Source: Gammaproteobacteria bacterium
Lineage (GTDB): Bacteria; Pseudomonadota; Gammaproteobacteria; UBA4575
DNA length: 64,000 nt
Reading direction: 5' to 3'
NCBI GenBank assembly: GCA_965203725.1
Contig: CBDBDH010000003.1
Coordinates: 259,973-323,972, forward strand
The notes under the pieces are model-generated. The model worked only from the letters and a program-made list of their open reading frames with translations, did not search any database and had not been told where the DNA came from. Shown one piece after another: positions 58,438-64,000 of the stretch (within the stretch, counting starts at the first letter, position 1; the number at the start of each line of letters is the position of its first letter). Both the position numbers and the translations under genes were made by a program.

Positions 58438-59751
58438 TCAGGAAAGCGTTTCCAGCCGAATGCGCATGACGCTGCCGGTCACCGTTTCAAGCTCTTCGAT
58501 CTCGGAGATTGCGCACTTCATATTCTGCTCATTCACCCGGTGCGTGAGAATCACGACGGGCACACTGGCAAGGTCGGACTGGGGCTCCTTCTGGATGATG
58601 GCCTCGATACTGATCGTGTGCACTGCGAATATCCGGGTGACATCGGCCAGCACGCCGGGCCGGTCCAGAACATGGATGCGCAGGTAATAGGCCGTAGAAA
58701 CCTCGTCCATGGAAAGTACCGGAATATCGGACAGGGCATCCGGCTGGAACGCCAGGTGCGGCACGCGGTTCTCGGGGTCCGAGGTGAGTGCCCGAACCAC
58801 ATCCACCAGGTCCGCCACGACGGCGGACCCGGTCGGCTCGGCGCCTGCACCCGGGCCATAGTACAGGCTGGCTCCCAGGGCATCTGCCTTGACCACCACG
58901 GCATTCATCACGCCGTCCACGTTTGCGATCAGGCGCCGCTGCGGGATCAGGGCCGGGTGTACACGCAGTTCAAGACCCCGGTCCGTGCGCCTTGCGATCC
59001 CCAGGTGCTTGATCCGGTAGCCGAGTTCCGCGGCATAGGAAACATCCTTGCCGGTGACCTCGGCAATCCCTTCGGTGTAGACCTTGTCCAGTTGCAGCGG
59101 CACACCGAAAGCCACCGAGGCCAGGATCGTGAGCTTGTGCGCGGCATCGGTACCCTGGATGTCGAAAGTCGGGTCGGCCTCGGCATACCCCAGTCGTTGC
59201 GCATCCTTGAGCGCGGCATCGAAATCCCGGCCCCGGTCTCCCATTTCGGTCAGTATGAAATTGCCGGTGCCGTTGATGATCCCGGCCAGCCATTCGATGG
59301 AATTGGCCGCCAGCCCTTCACGCAGGGCCTTGATGATGGGGATGCCGCCGGCCACGGCCGCTTCAAAAGCCACGGACACCCCCTTCTCCTGTGCACGTTG
59401 AAAAATTTCATTGCCATGGTATGCGATCAGCGCCTTGTTGGCCGTCACCACGTGCTTGCCGTGATCAATGGCCTTGAGCACCAGCTCCCGGGCCTTCTCC
59501 GTACCGCCCATCAACTCCAGCACGATGTCTATATCCGGATTGCAGACCACCTGGTTTGCATCCTGGGTCAGGGTCAGCGCGGTGATGTCACAGGCACGCG
59601 GCTTCTCCACATCGCGTACACATGCCACGGAAATCCGGATACCGCGGCCCGCCCGGCGTGCAATTTCATCCGCATTGCGCGACAGGATGCCTGCCGCCCC
59701 GGCGCCTACCGTACCCAGGCCCAGTACACCGACTTTTACAGCTTCCAGCAC
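58438..59751 (-). CDS. hom: homoserine dehydrogenase
   Basis: 437 aa. N-terminal NAD-binding GLGTVGAG, catalytic domain, C-terminal ACT. Confidence 0.9.
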   Translation of the reverse strand: MLEAVKVGVLGLGTVGAGAAGILSRNADEIARRAGRGIRISVACVRDVEKPRACDITALTLTQDANQVVCNPDIDIVLELMGGTEKARELVLKAIDHGKHVVTANKALIAYHGNEIFQRAQEKGVSVAFEAAVAGGIPIIKALREGLAANSIEWLAGIINGTGNFILTEMGDRGRDFDAALKDAQRLGYAEADPTFDIQGTDAAHKLTILASVAFGVPLQLDKVYTEGIAEVTGKDVSYAAELGYRIKHLGIARRTDRGLELRVHPALIPQRRLIANVDGVMNAVVVKADALGASLYYGPGAGAEPTGSAVVADLVDVVRALTSDPENRVPHLAFQPDALSDIPVLSMDEVSTAYYLRIHVLDRPGVLADVTRIFAVHTISIEAIIQKEPQSDLASVPVVILTHRVNEQNMKCAISEIEELETVTGSVMRIRLETLS

Positions 59752-59766
59752 GTTCTCACTCTCACT

Positions 59767-60942
59767 TCAGGTAATTTTCAGCATCTTGCGAATGCTTCGC
59801 ACAGCTTGCCGGGTCCGATGCTCGTTTTCAATCAGGCTGAAGCGCACGTGGGCATCGCCGTACTGGCCGAACCCGATCCCCGGCGATACGGCCACGTGGG
59901 CCTCCTCCAGCATTCTTTTCGAGAACTCCAGTGAGCCTTCCTCGCGGTAAGGCTCGGGAATCCTGGCCCAGACGAACATGGTCGCCTGCGGCTTCTTGAC
60001 GGCCCACCCTGCACTTTCCAGGCCCTCGCACAATACATCACGCCGGCTCCTGTACGTCGAACGGACCTGCTCGACCACTTCAGGGGGGCTGTCCAGTGCA
60101 GCGATGGACGCCACCTGTATCGGCGTGAATATGCCGTAATCGACATAGGACTTCAGCCTCGACAAGGCGGCGACCAGGGCCGGATTGCCGCACATGAAAC
60201 CGACCCGCCAGCCCGGCATGTTATACGTCTTGGACAAGGAATAGAATTCGACGGCGATTTCCTTCGCACCCGGCACCTGCAGTATGGAAGGTGCCTCATA
60301 GCCGTCGAATGTGATTTCCGCATAGGCAATGTCGTTCACCACCCACATGTTGTGCTCTCTTGCCACGGCCACGACCTTTTCGAGAAAAGGCAGGTCCACG
60401 CATTGCGTCGTGGGGTTGCACGGAAAATTGAGAATCAGCATTTTCGGACGCGGCCACGAGTCCTGTATGGCTTTTTCCAGTTCGCGAAAAAAATCCTCGT
60501 CCTCGGCCAGTCGCACGTAGATGATATCCGCGCCCGCGATCACGCAGCCGTACGGATGAATCGGATAGGCGGGGTTGGGCACCAGTACGGCATCTCCCGG
60601 GCCCAGCGTGGCCAACGCCAGATGGGCCAGACCTTCCTTTGAGCCGATGGTGACGATGGCTTCGGTTTCGGGATCGATTTCGACATCGAATTTGCGCCGG
60701 TACCAGTTGGCCACCGCCAGGCGCAGCTTGGGAATTCCACGGGACAGCGAATACCGGTGCGTGTCTTCCCTGAGTACGACTTCTGCAAGCTTTTCCGGGA
60801 TGTGCCGGGGCGGAGGCTGGTCCGGGTTGCCCATGCCGAAGTCCACGATATCCACTCCACGGGACCGGGCACTGGATTTCAACTCGTTTACGATCGTGAA
60901 TACGTAAGGAGGGAGACGGGAAATTCTTGCAAAGTCTTCCAT
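59767..60942 (-). CDS. class I/II PLP-dependent aminotransferase (AlaA/AspC-like)
   Basis: 391 aa. PLP-Lys context [14 protein letters not shown]. Upstream partner of hom-thrC. Confidence 0.8.
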   Translation of the reverse strand: MEDFARISRLPPYVFTIVNELKSSARSRGVDIVDFGMGNPDQPPPRHIPEKLAEVVLREDTHRYSLSRGIPKLRLAVANWYRRKFDVEIDPETEAIVTIGSKEGLAHLALATLGPGDAVLVPNPAYPIHPYGCVIAGADIIYVRLAEDEDFFRELEKAIQDSWPRPKMLILNFPCNPTTQCVDLPFLEKVVAVAREHNMWVVNDIAYAEITFDGYEAPSILQVPGAKEIAVEFYSLSKTYNMPGWRVGFMCGNPALVAALSRLKSYVDYGIFTPIQVASIAALDSPPEVVEQVRSTYRSRRDVLCEGLESAGWAVKKPQATMFVWARIPEPYREEGSLEFSKRMLEEAHVAVSPGIGFGQYGDAHVRFSLIENEHRTRQAVRSIRKMLKIT

Positions 60943-61021
60943 AGACAGATCATCCTAACCGGAACCGCGTATAATACGTGATTCACTATTTGCTGCCTAT
61001 GCCCGACCCCTTGCTGCGCTG

Positions 61022-61396
61022 ATGGACCTGACCCAGGATTTCGCTGACTCGAGCTTTGTGATCACCGGCTATCAGGCAGGGCGCGTGCTGATCAACAACG
61101 AACCGTTCTGCGAAAGTCTCATCGTCTCCCCGGAAAGATTGATCACTGCATGGGAGGTCACCAGTATCCGGCAACTGGACCAGGACCGCTGCTCGGCCAT
61201 CCTTGAATTGCGACCGGAAGTTGTACTGCTGGGCTCAGACGAGCGGGGAAGGTTCCCCGACGGGAAAATGATTGCGTGGTTTGCGCAGCAGAACATCGGC
61301 CTGGAGTGCATGAACCTGGCCGCTGCCTGCAGGACCTACGGCATCCTTATCGCGGAAGGCCGCAGGGCCGCCGCCGCCCTGATTCTTTCGCACTGA
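61022..61396 (+). CDS. Mth938-like domain protein (DUF498)
   Basis: 124 aa, family-typical size and pattern. Confidence 0.55.
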   Translation: MDLTQDFADSSFVITGYQAGRVLINNEPFCESLIVSPERLITAWEVTSIRQLDQDRCSAILELRPEVVLLGSDERGRFPDGKMIAWFAQQNIGLECMNLAAACRTYGILIAEGRRAAAALILSH

Positions 61397-61404
61397 AGTA
61401 CTCA

Positions 61405-62148
61405 TCACTTGGGCAGGTAGCGAAGCGGGTTAACGGGCTTGCCATGGCGGCGAATCTCGAAATGCAGCCGGGGGGAGCGTGCCCCGGTACTGCCCAGTTC
61501 GGCAATTTTTTGTCCGCGGGTCACCGAGCGTCCTTCCTTTACCAGCAGCCTGCGATTATGCGCGTAGGCACTCAGGTACTGCTCGCTGTGCTTGACGATG
61601 ATGAGGTTGCCGTACCCCGGCAAGCCGTTGCCGCTGTACACCACTTTTCCCGAGGATGCGGCCAGGACCGCCTGCCCGGGCTTGCCTGCGATGTCAATTC
61701 CCTTGTTGCCCCCACCCTTGGGGGAGTATTTCTGGATGATCTTTCCGCGGATCGGCCAGACCCAGCCATGCTTCGCCGGCCGGGACGCCTTCGCCTGCTT
61801 GGCGGCCGGGGTCTTTTTCCTTGCCGCAGGAGACGGCTGTTTCGCCTTAGCCTTCTTCTTGGGGGCCGTTGCAGTCTGCGTTCGGGTGCCGAGGGGAATC
61901 TTGGGGCCTTTCAGCTGCAGGCGCTGGCCCGGGTAGATCGTGTAGGGCTTGGCAATGCGGTTCCATGCCGCAAGCTCGCGGTAGTCCAGGCCGTGCTGGT
62001 AAGCGATCGAGTACAGGGTCTCGCCTTTCAGCACCTTGTGGTCATTCTGGGCGTACTTGTAGTAGACCGGTATTTCCGGAGGCGAGGCGCAGCCCGCCAG
62101 CAGGGCGAAAAAAATCCCCGCAACGACCTGTCGGAAGCCGGCAGCCAT
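61405..62148 (-). CDS. nlpD: NlpD-like lipoprotein (LysM + M23 peptidase domain)
   Basis: Lipobox LLAGC. LysM (YKVLKGETLYSIAYQHGLDYRELAAWN), Lys/Ala-rich linker, M23 domain (GIDIAGKPGQAVLAASSGKVVYSG). Confidence 0.8.
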   Translation of the reverse strand: MAAGFRQVVAGIFFALLAGCASPPEIPVYYKYAQNDHKVLKGETLYSIAYQHGLDYRELAAWNRIAKPYTIYPGQRLQLKGPKIPLGTRTQTATAPKKKAKAKQPSPAARKKTPAAKQAKASRPAKHGWVWPIRGKIIQKYSPKGGGNKGIDIAGKPGQAVLAASSGKVVYSGNGLPGYGNLIIVKHSEQYLSAYAHNRRLLVKEGRSVTRGQKIAELGSTGARSPRLHFEIRRHGKPVNPLRYLPK

Positions 62149-62729
62149 CAGAAATATCCGAAATAAACGAGCATGATCACCAGTGCGAAGACAGTCGCCC
62201 AGCCGATCCTCTCCACGTACTTGCGGACCCAGGGTTCAAACCTGGGGCCTGCGTACCTGAGCAGTCCTGCGACCAGGAAAAAACGGGCGCCCCTGCCGAG
62301 GAACGAGGCCAGCACGAACGGAAGTATGGCCAGGGAAAGCAGTCCCGCGGTGACGGTGAACAGCTTGTAGGGGATGGGAGAGAATCCGGTGACCACGATG
62401 ACCCACACCCCCCATTCGCCGAACCAGGCCCGCGTGGTCTCGAATTCCGGCCAGTAGGAAGAGGCCCGCAGCCAGGGTTCAATGTACTCGAAGGCAAACG
62501 CCCCGATGAAATAGCCGAGCACCCCGCCCGCCACGGAAGTGACCGTGGTGAGGGACGCAAACCACCAGGCCCGTGTGGGTCTTGCCGCGGTCATCGGGAT
62601 CAGCAACACATCCGGCGGCACCGGGAAAAAAAAGGATTCCGCAAAACTCAGCCCCCCCAGGTAATAACCGGCACGGGGATGGCCGGCCCAGGTCATGATG
62701 CTTGCGTAGAACCGAGTAAACAATTTCAT
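62148..62729 (-). CDS. YqaA-family (DedA-related) inner-membrane protein
   Basis: 193 aa, 4-5 TM. N-terminal FFPVPPDVLLIPM block. Confidence 0.6.
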   Translation of the reverse strand: MKLFTRFYASIMTWAGHPRAGYYLGGLSFAESFFFPVPPDVLLIPMTAARPTRAWWFASLTTVTSVAGGVLGYFIGAFAFEYIEPWLRASSYWPEFETTRAWFGEWGVWVIVVTGFSPIPYKLFTVTAGLLSLAILPFVLASFLGRGARFFLVAGLLRYAGPRFEPWVRKYVERIGWATVFALVIMLVYFGYF

Positions 62730-62738
62730 TGCAGACCG

Positions 62739-63380
62739 CTATGTATGCACGTTTCCCTGCACGAGCGGCACGAAACTGACAGGGCCAAGGCTTTCCTGCT
62801 CCAGCCGGTTTCCCGTCTTGCGCAACAGCAGGAGGTCCTGCGCTCCCGAGGGCTCGCCCACCGGTATGACCAGGCGGCCGTTGTCCGCCAGCTGGTCCAC
62901 CAGGGCCGCCGGGATCTCGTCCGGGGCGGCAGTCACCACCACGGCATCGTAGGGCGCATAGTTTTCCCAGCCCCATGCGCCATCGGACAGCTTGAACCGG
63001 ATATTGCGCAAGCCAAGCTGCAGCGCGCGCCTGCGCGCCTGCTGGTAAAGCGCCTCGATGCGCTCAACGGTGTATACCTGTTCCACCAGCCCGGACAGCA
63101 CCGCGGCCTGGTACCCGGACCCGGTGCCGACCTCCAGCACCTTTTCCGGCGTACCTCCCTGCAAGACGGCCTCGGTCATGCAGGCCACGACATACGGCTG
63201 CGAGATGGTCTGCCTGTGGCCGATCGGCAAGGCCGTGTCCTCATAGGCGCGGGACGCCAGGGCTTCATCGACAAACAGGTGCCTGGGGGTCACGCGCAGG
63301 GCATGCAGGACCTGCCGGTTGCGGATACCGCTGTCTTGCAGACGTGAAATCAGGCGGTCTCGCGTGCGCTGCGAAGTCAT
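62739..63380 (-). CDS. pcm: protein-L-isoaspartate O-methyltransferase
   Basis: Start at [11 protein letters not shown] (ATG 63380). SAM motif [14 protein letters not shown]. The listed ORF has a 112-codon upstream extension that overlaps surE. Confidence 0.9.
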   Translation of the reverse strand: MTSQRTRDRLISRLQDSGIRNRQVLHALRVTPRHLFVDEALASRAYEDTALPIGHRQTISQPYVVACMTEAVLQGGTPEKVLEVGTGSGYQAAVLSGLVEQVYTVERIEALYQQARRRALQLGLRNIRFKLSDGAWGWENYAPYDAVVVTAAPDEIPAALVDQLADNGRLVIPVGEPSGAQDLLLLRKTGNRLEQESLGPVSFVPLVQGNVHT

Positions 63381-63432
63381 GCCGATGCCTTCGTGCGGGT
63401 TCGGTTTCAGGATCACTGCAAAACCTCCCCGG

Positions 63433-64000
63433 TCAGGTGAACTTGCATGCAGAGACCCACTGCGCGATCGGCTGCATGGCCTTGTAGTGGGTGAGGTCAA
63501 GGTGCAGGGGAGTGACCGAGACGTAGCCGTTGCGGATGGCATGAAAGTCCGTGCCGGGGCCCGCATCCTGTTCGGGACCGGCAGCACCGACCCAGTAGAT
63601 CGTATCACCGCGCGGATCGACGGACTCGATGACCGGTTCCGCCTTGTGCCGGCTGCCGAGCCGGGTGGTATCCATTCCCTGGATGGCCTGCATCGGCAGG
63701 TCGGGGATGTTGACATTGATGATCAGGTCCTGGGGCAGCTGCTGTACGGTCAGCTTGGAAATGATTTCGTGGCTGACCCGGGCACAGGCCTGCAAGTCGC
63801 CCGGGCGGTGGGAATTCACGGAAATGGCCACGGCCGGCAGCCCGAGGAAGCGGCCTTCCATGGCGGCGGCCACCGTGCCCGAATAAATCACGTCATCGCC
63901 GAGGTTGGCCCCCAGGTTGATGCCTGCAATCACGATGTCCGGCTCATCCTTGATCAGGCCGGTGATGGCGAGGTGTACGCAGTCGGTCGGCGTCCCGTCC
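63433..64000 (-). CDS. surE: 5'/3'-nucleotidase SurE (N-terminus beyond the window end)
   Basis: C-terminal SurE sequence. surE-pcm-...-nlpD synteny. Confidence 0.85.
   Translation of the reverse strand, partial: DGTPTDCVHLAITGLIKDEPDIVIAGINLGANLGDDVIYSGTVAAAMEGRFLGLPAVAISVNSHRPGDLQACARVSHEIISKLTVQQLPQDLIINVNIPDLPMQAIQGMDTTRLGSRHKAEPVIESVDPRGDTIYWVGAAGPEQDAGPGTDFHAIRNGYVSVTPLHLDLTHYKAMQPIAQWVSACKFT

Overview
This 64 kb window is high-GC (roughly 60-65%) bacterial chromosome. Its core gene order resembles Gammaproteobacteria, possibly a Chromatiales-like chemolithotroph, but this is an inference from synteny, not a database hit. Conserved housekeeping blocks are recognisable: uvrC-pgsA-tRNA-Gly; rpmF-plsX-fabH; divergent rluC/rne; ftsK-lolA-rarA...serS; trxB; aat; ispH; thrC-hom; surE-pcm-yqaA-nlpD; and glcDEF glycolate oxidase. 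Several accessory or unusual segments are interleaved. (1) At 0.8-5.3 kb there are two tandem DUF1326 paralogs, one Tat-exported and one cytoplasmic, divergent from a DUF2182 membrane protein and followed by a lipoprotein, Dps and a 2Fe-2S ferredoxin. (2) At about 19.8-27.2 kb there is a mosaic integration hotspot at the tRNA-Ser(UGA)/yccA locus. It holds a palindrome-fronted killer/antidote pair, a decayed P4-type integrase 3' fragment with an in-frame stop, a tRNA T-arm-like scar, a 672-aa TbpB-fold surface lipoprotein, an intact tyrosine integrase bracketed by ~28-bp direct repeats, a second diverged full-length tRNA-Ser copy with its promoter, HigB/HigA and a DUF932 protein. (3) At 43.4 kb a heptanucleotide (GGGTACA)n array sits in the leader of an MpaB/DUF2236-family oxygenase gene, which is followed by a LolA-like protein and an outer-membrane beta-barrel. 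(4) At 49.4-55.4 kb there is a six-gene partner-switching module: two STAS paralogs, a periplasmic-sensing histidine kinase, a LivK-like binding protein, an RsbW-like kinase, and a REC-PP2C phosphatase. (5) The RNase E C-terminus contains a 33-nt in-frame tandem repeat, five copies. Many long ORFs in the six-frame track are antisense artefacts of the high GC content and were not called.
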